Shown piece by piece: positions 28,040 to 37,589 of a stretch of DNA of 64,000 nt. The first letter of the stretch is position 1, and each line of letters starts with the position of its first letter. The notes under the pieces are model-generated. The model searched no databases. It saw only the letters and a program-made list of their open reading frames with translations, and was not told where the DNA came from. Both the position numbers and the translations under genes were made by a program. Where the stretch lies: the IMG/VR virus record IMGVR_UViG_2706796241_000001, one strand, 5' to 3'. This DNA is from a virus. Taxonomy: Duplodnaviria; Heunggongvirae; Uroviricota; Caudoviricetes; Herelleviridae.

Positions 28040-28863
28040 TAGAGAATATAGCTCACTATAAACTACGTGAACCTAGAAACCTAGGGTGTCTACTTTATGT
28101 AGGCTAACGGTGGAACCTAAGTCGAAAGATATGGCAATACCGTGCTAAGTACAATTTTTCTCCTTATTTAAGGAGGTGGTTATATGGAAAAAGAATACTG
28201 GAAGGCAGTCCCTGATTTCCCTGCCTACGAGGTTTCAACCCTCGGAAGAATTAGAAAAAAGGACAGATACTTCAAGTTGTCTACTGATAAAGACGGTTAC
28301 TACAAAACAGCTATGTATAACAAGGAAGGTATTAGGAAGTACCTACTTGTCCACAGAGTGGTTGCTATGACTTTCTTACCTAACACTAACAACTATCCAG
28401 TAGTGAATCATAAAAATGGGGACAAACAAGACAACCGTTTGGAGAACCTTGAATGGTGTACTATATCAGAGAACACTAAACATGGTTTTAGGGTACTAGG
28501 GAGAAAACCTTGCCATACTACGTCTATTCCTGTAAAAATAACCAATATCGAAACAAACGAATCTTTTGAGTTTAAAGATATGTCAGAGGCTAGTAGGTAC
28601 CTATCTACTTCATTAGCTAACGTATCCGGCTACTTTAAAAGAAAAGATAAACTTGGAGATAAAGCTAAGTTGTGTAGAAAATTTCGAGGAGAAAAATTGT
28701 AAAAGTGTAACGACTATCGAACGGGTAGCTATTGTCGGGAGGATATTAGCGAGTAACCTAGTAGAGTACATTACAAGTGAAATTCTTGTTTTGGAAGCGC
28801 GTAGAACTAAACGTAACAAATTTAGTTAAGATATAGTCTGAGCCATGTTAAAGCATGGACTAC
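28040..28863 (+). other. group I intron in nrdE (~0.82 kb); boundaries approximate (+/-3 nt)
   Basis: NrdE homology GGGV|(x)LLNLSNLRALG resumes at ~28864; intron interior carries an HNH homing endonuclease ORF. Confidence 0.6.
28184..28702 (+). CDS. intron-encoded HNH homing endonuclease (NUMOD4 + HNH_3; 172 aa)
   Basis: WKAVPDFPAYEVSTLGRIR (NUMOD4); HRVVAMTFLPN..VNHKNGDKQDNRLENLEWCTISENTKH (HNH); AAGGAGG RBS. Confidence 0.75.
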   Translation: MEKEYWKAVPDFPAYEVSTLGRIRKKDRYFKLSTDKDGYYKTAMYNKEGIRKYLLVHRVVAMTFLPNTNNYPVVNHKNGDKQDNRLENLEWCTISENTKHGFRVLGRKPCHTTSIPVKITNIETNESFEFKDMSEASRYLSTSLANVSGYFKRKDKLGDKAKLCRKFRGEKL

Positions 28864-30429
28864 TTGTTAAATCTTTCAAACCTAAGAGCTCTTGGAGACC
28901 CTATTAAGGGGATTGAGGGAGCAGGTAGCGGTGTTGTTCCTGTTATGAAAATGCTAGAAGACGGTTTCCGGTACGCAAATCAGTTAGGGCAAAGACAAGG
29001 TGCAGGCGCAGTCTATCTAAATGTTTTCCATGCGGATATTATGGACTTTTTATCAACTAGAAAAGAAAATGCAGAATCCGCAAAGCAAATCAAAACACTT
29101 TCTTTGGGAGTAGTTGTTCCCGATAAATTTTATGAGCTAGCTGAGTCTGGGGATGTAATTCACTTATTTTCTCCATATGATGTTGCTAAAGAATACGGTG
29201 TACCATTCTCATTTGTAGACATTGATTCAGAATACAATAACATGATTCAGAACCCAAATATCAGAAGTAAGGTAATGAATGCACGAGATTTGGAAGAAGA
29301 AATTAGCCGTTTACAACAAGAGTCAGGTTACCCATATATTATGAATGTTAGTACTGTAAATAAAGCCAATCCTATTGATGGCAAAATCATTATGAGTAAT
29401 TTATGCAGTGAAATATTACAGGTACAGACACCATCTAAGCTAAATGATGAACAAGTATACGAAGAGTTAGGTACAGACATTAGCTGTAATTTAGGTTCAA
29501 TTAACATCCTTAACTTGTTAGAAACATCTAATGATGTAGTGGCATCAATTGAGACGATGGTAAGAGCTCTAACATATATTACAGATGTGTCAAATATAAA
29601 AGCAGTACCTACTATCAAGAATGGTAATGATAAAGCCCATACAATTGGTTTAGGGGCAATGGGGCTACATGCGTGGTTCGCAAGTAACCAAGTAGAATAT
29701 GGCTCACCTGAATCTATTGAAATGACGGATGCCCTGTTTGAATTAATTAACTATGCTACTTTGGTGGCAAGTAACAAGATTGCTAAAGAGCGTGGCACAA
29801 CATTCCATAACTTTGAGAACTCTAAATACGCAGACGGTTCTTACTTTGATGAATATGTACCAACACTAAATCAGGAAATCTCTAGTAAGGTGGCGGAAGT
29901 ATTTGATGGAGTGGTACTACCTAATGTAAAAGATTGGGAAACATTAAGAAACAGTATTATTGAAGGTGGTCTATACCATCAAAACCGTTTAGCTGTGGCT
30001 CCAAATGGTAGTATTGCTTATGTTAATGAGACTACTTCTTCATTGCACCCAATTATCTCTATGATTGAAGAACGTCAAGATGGGAAAACAGGTAAAACTT
30101 ATTACCCTGCACCCCGGTTATCTGAGAAGACAATTCCATATTACAAGTCAGCGTACAATACAAGTATGATTGACGTAATCAACGTGTACGCAACAGCACA
30201 AAAACATATTGACCAAGGTATGAGTTTAACATTGTTTATGCGCTCAGAGTTACCAGAAAATCTTTATCCTTGGAAGGTGGAGGGTGGCGCTACATCCACT
30301 CGGGACTTAACTTTATTAAGACATTATGCATGGAAAAAAGGTATAAAAACAATTTATTATGTTAGAACATTCACCGAAGAAGACGGAAGCGAAGTAGGGG
30401 TTTCAGAGTGTGAAAGTTGTACAATTTAA
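28864..30429 (+). CDS. nrdE: class Ib ribonucleotide reductase alpha subunit, exon 2
   Basis: LLNLSNLRALGDPIKGIEGAGSGVVPVMKMLED, QRQGAGAVYLNV, NLCSEI; C-terminal CESCTI-type tail. Confidence 0.75.
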   Translation: MLNLSNLRALGDPIKGIEGAGSGVVPVMKMLEDGFRYANQLGQRQGAGAVYLNVFHADIMDFLSTRKENAESAKQIKTLSLGVVVPDKFYELAESGDVIHLFSPYDVAKEYGVPFSFVDIDSEYNNMIQNPNIRSKVMNARDLEEEISRLQQESGYPYIMNVSTVNKANPIDGKIIMSNLCSEILQVQTPSKLNDEQVYEELGTDISCNLGSINILNLLETSNDVVASIETMVRALTYITDVSNIKAVPTIKNGNDKAHTIGLGAMGLHAWFASNQVEYGSPESIEMTDALFELINYATLVASNKIAKERGTTFHNFENSKYADGSYFDEYVPTLNQEISSKVAEVFDGVVLPNVKDWETLRNSIIEGGLYHQNRLAVAPNGSIAYVNETTSSLHPIISMIEERQDGKTGKTYYPAPRLSEKTIPYYKSAYNTSMIDVINVYATAQKHIDQGMSLTLFMRSELPENLYPWKVEGGATSTRDLTLLRHYAWKKGIKTIYYVRTFTEEDGSEVGVSECESCTI

Positions 30430-30441
30430 GGAGATGAGCAC

Positions 30442-31425
30442 ATGAATTTGCAAGAAAAGTATGAAGGAATTAACTGGAATAAGATTGATGATGTAATTGA
30501 CCAAGCCACATGGAAAAAGCTTACTGAGCAATTTTGGTTGGACACACGTGTCCCTGTAGGTAACGATGTTAATGATTGGGCAAAGCTCTCTGATATGGAG
30601 CAAGATTTAATAAATAAAGTGTTTGGTGGGTTAACATTACTAGACACAGTTCAATCAGAATCGGGGGTACACTCACTACTTGATGATGTAAGAACACAGC
30701 ATGAAGAAGCTGTTTTAAATAACATAGCCTTTATGGAAGCAGTACACGCTAAAAGTTATTCAACAATTTTTAGCACATTTAATACACCTACAGAGATTGA
30801 CAATATCTTTGAATGGGTAGCTACAAATAAACGTTTACAATATAAAGCTAACATTATTAACGATATTTATCGAAACGGTACACCACTACAGAAAAAGAGT
30901 GCATCCGTACTGTTGGAGAGCTTCCTATTTTACTCAGGTTTTTACACACCACTACGCTATTTAGGTGAGGCAAAAATGGTTAATACAGCCGAAATTATTA
31001 AATTAATTATTCGTGACGAGTCTGTACATGGAACCTATATCGGCTATAAATACCAGTTAGGGTTTAACCAGTTACCAGAAACTGAACAAAAAGAAATGGA
31101 ACAATGGGTAATTGATTTAGCATTTAAATTATGGGAGAACGAAACACAGTATACTGCTGAACTATATAGTGAGATTGGTTGGACAAAAGATGTTAATACA
31201 TTTTTGGAGTACAATTTAAATAAAGCTCTAGCTAACTTAGGGATGAACCCTTTATTCCCAACAACAAGTGCAGACGTAAACCCTATTGTAATGAATGGTA
31301 TCTCTACAACAACTAGTAACCATGACTTCTTCTCTCAGGTAGGTAATGGGTACTTACTAGGTAAAGTAGAGCCAGTAACCGATGCGGACTATAACGCTTT
31401 AGACAAGCTAGCTAGTTTAGTATAG
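30442..31425 (+). CDS. nrdF: class Ib ribonucleotide reductase beta subunit (327 aa)
   Basis: Ferritin-like di-iron motifs (EAVHAKSYS, RDESVHGTY); follows nrdE. Confidence 0.75.
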   Translation: MNLQEKYEGINWNKIDDVIDQATWKKLTEQFWLDTRVPVGNDVNDWAKLSDMEQDLINKVFGGLTLLDTVQSESGVHSLLDDVRTQHEEAVLNNIAFMEAVHAKSYSTIFSTFNTPTEIDNIFEWVATNKRLQYKANIINDIYRNGTPLQKKSASVLLESFLFYSGFYTPLRYLGEAKMVNTAEIIKLIIRDESVHGTYIGYKYQLGFNQLPETEQKEMEQWVIDLAFKLWENETQYTAELYSEIGWTKDVNTFLEYNLNKALANLGMNPLFPTTSADVNPIVMNGISTTTSNHDFFSQVGNGYLLGKVEPVTDADYNALDKLASLV

Positions 31426-31432
31426 AATTTAA

Positions 31433-31478
31433 TAGATATGAGGCATATTTTACATTCTTTTGTGCCTCATATTTTTAA
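31433..31478 (+). terminator. putative terminator after nrdF
   Basis: atgaggc..(19-nt loop)..gcctcat hairpin followed by atttttaat. Confidence 0.4.
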
Positions 31479-31499
31479 TAAAAAAATTTAAATGTATTG

Positions 31500-31528
31500 T
31501 TGACTACACATACAAAAACTGGTATACT
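31500..31528 (+). promoter_or_regulatory. sigma-A promoter
   Basis: TTGACT-17-TATACT. Confidence 0.5.
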
Positions 31529-31583
31529 ATTTTTGTAGGGTGAAACTTACAAATAAAAATAAATATTGGAGGAATTATTTTTT

Positions 31584-32441
31584 ATGAGCACAAATACGTT
31601 TAAACGGTTGGTTGTATCAGGAGTTATTGCAGTTATCCTATTGATTGGGGGAACAATCTGTGCATTTCGTTTCTTAGAACGAATTGACAATGGATATGTC
31701 GGTGTACGATTCTCACCTAACGGGGGTGTTAAATCCGAAGCATTACAACCCGGTGTTAAGTGGGTAGGTATTGATAAAGTAACCCAGTATCCAATCCGTT
31801 TACAGACTATTCAAGCTAAAGATGTTGCAGTGTCTACTTCCGATGGTAAGAAAACTGTAGTTAACATTAAGTACGACTACAAAGTAGACCCTAAGCAAGC
31901 AACTAAAATGTATAAAGAGTTTGGTAATGTAACATCTGAGGACATTGAAAAAGGTTGGTTGAAATCTCGTTTACAAAAGACTGCCAGAGAGGTTTATTCT
32001 AAGTATAGTTTATTAGATGTTCTATCAGGTAAGTCTTCCGAGGTCGAAGGGGAAGTGTTAGCCCGTTTCTCTGACTCAGTTGAAAGTAAAGGTTTCTTGG
32101 TTGAGAATGTAACGGTAGGTGTGCCTGACGTTGACCCAGAAACACAAAAATCAATTGATGCAATCATCCGCTCAGGACAAGAAGCTAAAAAAGCTGAGTT
32201 AGATGCTAAAACTCAAAAAACACAAGCAGAAACTGAGGCTACAAAAGTTACTTTGAAAGCCCAAGCAGAAGCGCAAGCTATTAAAGATAAAGCTAGTGCA
32301 CAAGCAGAGGCTAATAAAAAAATTGCAGAATCAGTTACGGATGAACTAGTTCGTTACGAAGAAGCACAAGGTCGTAAAGAGCATGGTTGGGTAACTACAA
32401 TCGTAGGTGACGGACAGGCAATTGTGGGGAATGATAAGTAA
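31584..32441 (+). CDS. SPFH/band-7 (stomatin/prohibitin/HflKC-like) membrane protein (~285 aa)
   Basis: GGAGG RBS 8 nt before the ATG at 31584; N-terminal TM helix, then GYVGVRFSPNGGV SPFH core; Ala/Gln/Lys-rich C-terminal coiled coil. Confidence 0.6.
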   Translation: MSTNTFKRLVVSGVIAVILLIGGTICAFRFLERIDNGYVGVRFSPNGGVKSEALQPGVKWVGIDKVTQYPIRLQTIQAKDVAVSTSDGKKTVVNIKYDYKVDPKQATKMYKEFGNVTSEDIEKGWLKSRLQKTAREVYSKYSLLDVLSGKSSEVEGEVLARFSDSVESKGFLVENVTVGVPDVDPETQKSIDAIIRSGQEAKKAELDAKTQKTQAETEATKVTLKAQAEAQAIKDKASAQAEANKKIAESVTDELVRYEEAQGRKEHGWVTTIVGDGQAIVGNDK

Positions 32442-32590
32442 TGGGTTTTTTCATTGCTAAATTCTTTATTGCTCTTATTGTAGTATTGCTTGTAGGGATA
32501 GCTTTCTCTATCGGATACTACTTCGTTAAGAAAAACAAAGAAAAGTCTCCAAGTGACTCTTACGATAAAGATAATTGGTTAGATTTTTAG
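32441..32590 (+). CDS. 49-aa single-TM peptide translationally coupled to the SPFH gene (ATG overlaps its TAA)
   Basis: MGFFIAKFFIALIVVLLVGIAFSIGYYFVKKNKEK..; not in the ORF track (<60 aa). Confidence 0.45.
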   Translation: MGFFIAKFFIALIVVLLVGIAFSIGYYFVKKNKEKSPSDSYDKDNWLDF

Positions 32591-32620
32591 GACAGCATCT
32601 TTGCTGTTCTTTTTTTTGTA
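32591..32620 (+). terminator. rho-independent terminator
   Basis: gacagc-atcttt-gctgtt hairpin followed by cttttttttg. Confidence 0.55.
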
Positions 32621-32628
32621 AAGAGGTG

Positions 32629-32657
32629 TTGACTTAGTGACACTATTGTAATATACT
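32629..32657 (+). promoter_or_regulatory. sigma-A promoter
   Basis: GTGTTGACT-17-TATACT. Confidence 0.5.
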
Positions 32658-32681
32658 ATACTTATGAGAGGTGAATAACTA

Positions 32682-33068
32682 ATGAATAAATTGTTAGTAC
32701 CCGATAACTGCACTTACTGTGGAGAAAAAGTTATTTGGACAAGTAATGAAGTGTTATATGGTAGGACATACGGTAATGGTAAATGCTATTACTGTACAGG
32801 TTGTGGTGCTAGTGTAGGGACTCACAAAAATAGACCAAAAGAACCATTAGGTATTTTAGCTACACCACCTATGAAACGATGGAAAAAATTATGTCATGGC
32901 TTATTTGACCCCATATGGCAGTCTAAGCAGATTAGCAGAGGGGAGCTATACAGTGTACTAGCTTATAAACTTGGCATCCCTAAAGAAGATTGTCATTTTG
33001 GACATTTCAATGAAGAACAGCTAAAAAGAGCATGGCAAGTTATCAAAGAACCTAACTGGTGGGTATAG
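32682..33068 (+). CDS. Cys-rich zinc-binding protein (128 aa)
   Basis: CTYCGEK..CYYCTGCG Cys motifs. Confidence 0.45.
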   Translation: MNKLLVPDNCTYCGEKVIWTSNEVLYGRTYGNGKCYYCTGCGASVGTHKNRPKEPLGILATPPMKRWKKLCHGLFDPIWQSKQISRGELYSVLAYKLGIPKEDCHFGHFNEEQLKRAWQVIKEPNWWV

Positions 33069-33117
33069 CTACACAAAAAAATAAGCTAAATAGGAAAGAG
33101 ATACGGGAGGATACAAC

Positions 33118-34065
33118 ATGGATTTTGATAAAATTTATAAAGATTTAGTAATGGATATTATTAAGAACGGAGTAACAGAGCTACCAGAAGGTACTCGTGC
33201 AGTATATGCTGATGGAACTCCTGCAACAACTAAGTTTATTGAAGGTGTAAACTTTACAATTACACCAGATATGGGGGCTCCTTTATTACGTAGTAAGCAT
33301 GTAGGTATTAAATGGGCGCTAACAGAATTGCAGTGGATTTGGCAAGAAATGTCTAACGAGGTTTCGTGGTTAAAAGAACGAGGTGTAACTATTTGGGACG
33401 AATGGGAGCAAGAAGATGGCACTATCGGAAAAGCGTATGGTTACGCATTATTTAACAAAGAACGTTTTATTCCTGTTTATAGCGGAGATGTTGAGTTAGC
33501 TAAAAATCGTAAAGCAGGCTCACTCATCCCAAAAGTCGTACCTAAAAAAGGCGGTTGGATAGCAGGAACACATCAACCATACCTAAAGCTAAATCAGGTA
33601 GAGGCAGTTATTGAACAACTTAAGAGCACACCAAACTCTCGTAGAATTATGACTACTTTATGGAACGTGGAAGATTTATACGATATGTCATTAGAACCAT
33701 GTGTATGGACAACCCACTGGACAGTTGTAGAGGGTAAATTAAACTTACATGTGAAGGCTCGGTCTTCGGATGTTTGCTTAGGACTTCCATTTAATATTAT
33801 TCAGTATCATGCATTACAATTGGTTATGGCAAACACTGTAGGGTTAGAGTTAGGTAACTTATATTGGACGAGTGACAACGCACACATTTACGAACGACAT
33901 TTAGAGCTAGTAGAGAAACAGGTAAACGCACCAATTCCAGAAGAGGTTCCAAAGCTTGTCCTACCATGGAAGAAGGGGACGAACTTCTTTGATTCCCCAT
34001 TATCAGATATTTCTGTAGTAAATTATAAACACAATGGAAAATTCAACTATGAGGTGGCAATTTAA
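33118..34065 (+). CDS. thymidylate synthase family enzyme (ThyA or deoxynucleotide hydroxymethylase) (315 aa)
   Basis: LEPCVWTTHW (catalytic Cys in PC(H) context, His replaced by Val), ARSSDVCLGLPFNIIQYHALQ, TSDNAHIYERH. Confidence 0.65.
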   Translation: MDFDKIYKDLVMDIIKNGVTELPEGTRAVYADGTPATTKFIEGVNFTITPDMGAPLLRSKHVGIKWALTELQWIWQEMSNEVSWLKERGVTIWDEWEQEDGTIGKAYGYALFNKERFIPVYSGDVELAKNRKAGSLIPKVVPKKGGWIAGTHQPYLKLNQVEAVIEQLKSTPNSRRIMTTLWNVEDLYDMSLEPCVWTTHWTVVEGKLNLHVKARSSDVCLGLPFNIIQYHALQLVMANTVGLELGNLYWTSDNAHIYERHLELVEKQVNAPIPEEVPKLVLPWKKGTNFFDSPLSDISVVNYKHNGKFNYEVAI

Positions 34066-34217
34066 TGGCAAATAAAGCAAGTTTAGAGAACCTATTAGCG
34101 ATGGCAGAAACAGCAAAGGAACACGAAGTATCTCGTCACAAGAACAAGATGCGACAACTTGAAAAGATAGAACGAGAGATTAAGAATCGAATTAAGGAGC
34201 TTACTAAGGAGGGCTAG
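34065..34217 (+). CDS. 50-aa basic helical peptide, overlaps the thymidylate-synthase-family gene stop (TAATG)
   Basis: MANKASLENLLAMAETAKEHEVSRHKNKMRQLEKIEREIKNRIKELTKEG; below track threshold. Confidence 0.35.
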   Translation: MANKASLENLLAMAETAKEHEVSRHKNKMRQLEKIEREIKNRIKELTKEG

Positions 34218-34221
34218 CTTT

Positions 34222-34653
34222 ATGGAACTTACTAAAATTGAAACAAGAGAGTGGTATAATAGTGACCTAGATAAACTACACAAAGAAGGTAAAGACATCT
34301 ATGTAAAACTAAAAATAGGTAAGAGAGTAACTTATGGAGAATATGAAAACGAACCAAATAACGGGTTTCAAGTAATTAATAATGAAGAAACCTTCCCATT
34401 ATCCTTAGATAACTACGAGGTTTACACAGAGCCTACTACTGAGCTAACTGAGAAACAGCTAATTGTATTAGTCTGGCTAATTCACTATCTTGAACGTACA
34501 AAGCTAACTATTGCAGATAGCTTACACAATTTAATATCTGGTAAGGCTAACGATGTGACACTTCAAGTTTGGGCAGACCTCTCTAGTGTAGAGGAGGCAG
34601 AGGTTATTAGAGAACTGGTAGACTACGTAATAGATAAAGGAGGTAGCCTATGA
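34222..34653 (+). CDS. hypothetical protein (143 aa)
   Basis: ORF track; AAGGAGGG RBS. Confidence 0.45.
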   Translation: MELTKIETREWYNSDLDKLHKEGKDIYVKLKIGKRVTYGEYENEPNNGFQVINNEETFPLSLDNYEVYTEPTTELTEKQLIVLVWLIHYLERTKLTIADSLHNLISGKANDVTLQVWADLSSVEEAEVIRELVDYVIDKGGSL

Positions 34654-34880
34654 GTAAGGAGTTAGTATCATGCGGGGCGTGTAATGAAGTGTTCAGTGAG
34701 ATGGACGAGGTTGTGCGGTTAACGGACGGTTCAATGTACCATAAGGACTGCGTAACCCTATACCCTACTGGCTACTGTGCATTCTTAGATGATGAATACC
34801 TAGGTGACACTGAAAATGGAGAGGGAGAACCTGCTTGCTTTTTCTTAGAAGAAGGGGAATATATAGAAGAGGAGGAATAG
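34650..34880 (+). CDS. Cys-rich acidic protein (76 aa)
   Basis: CGACNE..HKDC..CAF motifs; C-terminal EEGEYIEEEE. Confidence 0.45.
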   Translation: MSKELVSCGACNEVFSEMDEVVRLTDGSMYHKDCVTLYPTGYCAFLDDEYLGDTENGEGEPACFFLEEGEYIEEEE

Positions 34881-34882
34881 AA

Positions 34883-35314
34883 ATGTTTTATAAAATAATT
34901 GAATTAATGGCTAAGCTTACCAAAGAAATTAAAGAAATAAAAGATACGTTAGGTTGTTCAATGCCTATGGCAGAAGACCGTAAAATGATAAGAATTGCGT
35001 ACTTATCTGAACAGTTAGATGATTTAAACAGTTTACTATTAGATATTCCAGTAAACTACCATGAGACATGGTTATTAGATGAACCATTAACACAGAATAT
35101 TCCATATGAGTTTCATATAGAAGTAATGGTGTTACCTTATGGTAAAATGGGAGTAGACGTTAAATGTTATTATGAAGAGGTAGCTTCAAGTATTTCACTA
35201 GGGGTAGACGAATTTCGTACACTACCAGATATGGTAGACGAACTACAAGAGCGTACTTTCCACAACTTTCATGGACTTTCCCGAGAGGAGGCTATAAGCA
35301 AATGGAGCTTATGA
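34883..35314 (+). CDS. hypothetical protein (143 aa; start at the RBS-supported ATG)
   Basis: GAGGAGG RBS before MFYKIIELMAKL; tracked ORF started upstream inside the preceding gene. Confidence 0.45.
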   Translation: MFYKIIELMAKLTKEIKEIKDTLGCSMPMAEDRKMIRIAYLSEQLDDLNSLLLDIPVNYHETWLLDEPLTQNIPYEFHIEVMVLPYGKMGVDVKCYYEEVASSISLGVDEFRTLPDMVDELQERTFHNFHGLSREEAISKWSL

Positions 35315-35529
35315 TAGAAGGCGTTAGCCGTGGAGAATTTTCCAAACAGTTTATCAAGGTAAGTCAGACAGTAGAAGACACTGTAGATATTACCGTAGTA
35401 AATCGTACAGTAGAGGTGTTTAGACCGGACTGTGTACATGAACAAACAGTAACTCTGACAAATGAAAATTTAGATTTACTGATGACAGCGCTAGGTTATA
35501 CTAAAGAAAGGATGAGCAATCATGAGTAA
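35302..35529 (+). CDS. hypothetical protein (75 aa)
   Basis: ORF track. Confidence 0.4.
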   Translation: MELMIEGVSRGEFSKQFIKVSQTVEDTVDITVVNRTVEVFRPDCVHEQTVTLTNENLDLLMTALGYTKERMSNHE

Positions 35530-35983
35530 ACAGATATTAAAAGGTTGGGTAACTATTGATAACAGTCCCGGTGCAGAAACAAACGAACCTTACTTAATAA
35601 AAGAAAAAGTAAAAGAAATTGAGTATCGCCATGAGAACAGAGCCTTAAACATGCTTATTTGTAATGCACTGTATGCGTTAGGGGTTGAGAACACCACAAC
35701 AGAAGAGGAGTACGATGGAGGCATTTCTTCTAAGTACCATCTCGATAACGCAGAGATTCAGATTTTCTCTGCTGTAGAACGTACTTCATTAGAAGACATC
35801 ACTAAAAATATAGTACTTAAATCTATGGGGGTATTGGACTTTGAAGAAGGCTGGTATGGTTGGTCTTCCTTTACTATCGAAGGGTTTGAGACAAACACAT
35901 TTAAGCTAGGCGGTCATGACATACTAGATATTGTTAAGCAGTTAGAGGGCAAGTATGTGTATATCACTATTGACAAAGTATAA
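35522..35983 (+). CDS. hypothetical protein (153 aa)
   Basis: ORF track. Confidence 0.4.
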   Translation: MSKQILKGWVTIDNSPGAETNEPYLIKEKVKEIEYRHENRALNMLICNALYALGVENTTTEEEYDGGISSKYHLDNAEIQIFSAVERTSLEDITKNIVLKSMGVLDFEEGWYGWSSFTIEGFETNTFKLGGHDILDIVKQLEGKYVYITIDKV

Positions 35984-35998
35984 CAAAGGAGACAAACT

Positions 35999-36436
35999 AT
36001 GAATAATGAGGTAGAAGTACCAAAACAGGTAAAAGAGTTTATTGATAAACAACGAGAACAGCTTATGGATAAGTTACAAATTATCTTGGATGGACAGAGG
36101 TACGCATGTGAGTACCCTAAGTCAGAGTTTAGTAAATGGTTTTTCGCAAATACAGATACTTTTATTCAAGCAGTGGCAAACACTGCTAGTTTACCTAAGT
36201 ACTATGTAGTAATGCCTGAGAAACAGAAGAGAGACTACGGGTTACTATTACGCAAGGACGGGAAGTTAGCAGTAGGTATACTGCCTAGAAACGAGCCATT
36301 GAGCCAAGATACCCTATCTAAATTAAAAGACTACTATTTAACAGAGGCAGAGATAAAAGAAATTGATGAACGGTATTGGTTATTTAAGAAAACACGAGAG
36401 GAGCTTTCGTATGAATTACAGAATTGTATCATATGA
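35999..36436 (+). CDS. hypothetical protein carrying the C-terminal EIKEIDERYW motif (145 aa)
   Basis: ORF track; C-terminal motif shared with 49497..49883 and 50157..50672. Confidence 0.45.
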   Translation: MNNEVEVPKQVKEFIDKQREQLMDKLQIILDGQRYACEYPKSEFSKWFFANTDTFIQAVANTASLPKYYVVMPEKQKRDYGLLLRKDGKLAVGILPRNEPLSQDTLSKLKDYYLTEAEIKEIDERYWLFKKTREELSYELQNCII

Positions 36437-36746
36437 GAACAGTCAGGAATGGCTAGACGCTTTCAATGAATTTAGCGGAAATAGCTTTAAGATGAATGAA
36501 GCCATCCACCCAGATATATATGAACCTATTAAAACTGCAGTATTGCTCTTTAACCACGAAGTGGCAGAAGGAGAGGCTATTCGTTTAGAGAAAATAGATG
36601 AATCAGAAGAAGATACGTGTGACCATACTTATGAGACGTATGCAGTACAAACAGGTTACTCTTCAATAGATATTGAACAAGCAGGCTTTTGTACAAAGTG
36701 TGGGCACGATACACATAAAGGATATAAAGAGTACACATTAAAATAG
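36411..36746 (+). CDS. hypothetical Cys/His protein (111 aa; start moved to MNYRIV)
   Basis: GAGGAG RBS before the ATG at 36411; CDHTYE..CTKCGHDTH motifs. Confidence 0.4.
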   Translation: MNYRIVSYENSQEWLDAFNEFSGNSFKMNEAIHPDIYEPIKTAVLLFNHEVAEGEAIRLEKIDESEEDTCDHTYETYAVQTGYSSIDIEQAGFCTKCGHDTHKGYKEYTLK

Positions 36747-36756
36747 GAGGACTACT

Positions 36757-37011
36757 ATGACAATTATTGACTATGGAAGTAAATCACTAAACAACTGCTC
36801 GAAAAATGAACTGCTAGATATTATTCAGTCTCAATTAGAGAACGAAGTAAAACTTATTAAACTGATTGAACGTACTACAAAAGAGGTAGAGGAAGAGAAG
36901 GAAGTCCCTCATTACAAGAACTATATCTCCCCTGAGAAACGTAGTTACTTAGAGGGTATGGAACGTGTAGAAAATATTGTAAGAAACTTCTATGGTTTTA
37001 ACAATGAATAA
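36757..37011 (+). CDS. hypothetical protein (84 aa)
   Basis: ORF track; GGAGG RBS. Confidence 0.45.
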   Translation: MTIIDYGSKSLNNCSKNELLDIIQSQLENEVKLIKLIERTTKEVEEEKEVPHYKNYISPEKRSYLEGMERVENIVRNFYGFNNE

Positions 37012-37246
37012 ACCAGTAAGGGCAACCAGTGAGCAAGTAGTATACCGAGAAGAGTATGCTAATGGGTGGGTAGTAGAGGTAATTCATTCTCTAAAAGGAT
37101 TCGGGCATATTTATGTAGAGAACAAACCCTATTCAGTGGCTATTATGAAACCTGCAGAAAACTTTGCGGACTATAGCACAGTAGGCACAGCAGAAGAAGT
37201 ACTGAAAATTATTGAGGAAGTAGTAAAATATGAGGAGGACATGTGA
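36992..37246 (+). CDS. hypothetical protein (84 aa)
   Basis: ORF track. Confidence 0.4.
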   Translation: MVLTMNKPVRATSEQVVYREEYANGWVVEVIHSLKGFGHIYVENKPYSVAIMKPAENFADYSTVGTAEEVLKIIEEVVKYEEDM

Positions 37247-37589
37247 TGAATGAACTAGACGGAATTAGCAAATTAGAAGCTGATATTATTAAAACTACTC
37301 AGCTACTAGAAACACAACAAGAACTAAAAAGAACTTTATCCGTAACGAAAAATTGTCTAAACGGAACTATGAGTTGTCTATTGATGTGTTAAAACTAAGA
37401 AACACTTTATTAGACGTTATGGAGGACTTAGATAATTTGATGGAAAATGTAGAAGGCATCAAGGAGGATGCGAACAAACATAGCAAAGTAGAAAAAGAAA
37501 TGGTTAGAGGTTGGCTTGAACGGATTGGTAAGTTAGCTAACGAAACCAGAAAGAATATTGAAGAGGTACTAGAAAGTTATGAGAATTAG
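37246..37589 (+). CDS. coiled-coil protein, frame-broken at an A5 run (37346-37350); halves 37246..37394 and 37293..37589 overlap by ~100 nt
   Basis: MNELDGISKLEADIIKTTQLLETQQELKR.. continues in the -1 frame as ..EKLSKRNYELSIDVLKLRNTLLDVMEDL.. Confidence 0.4.
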
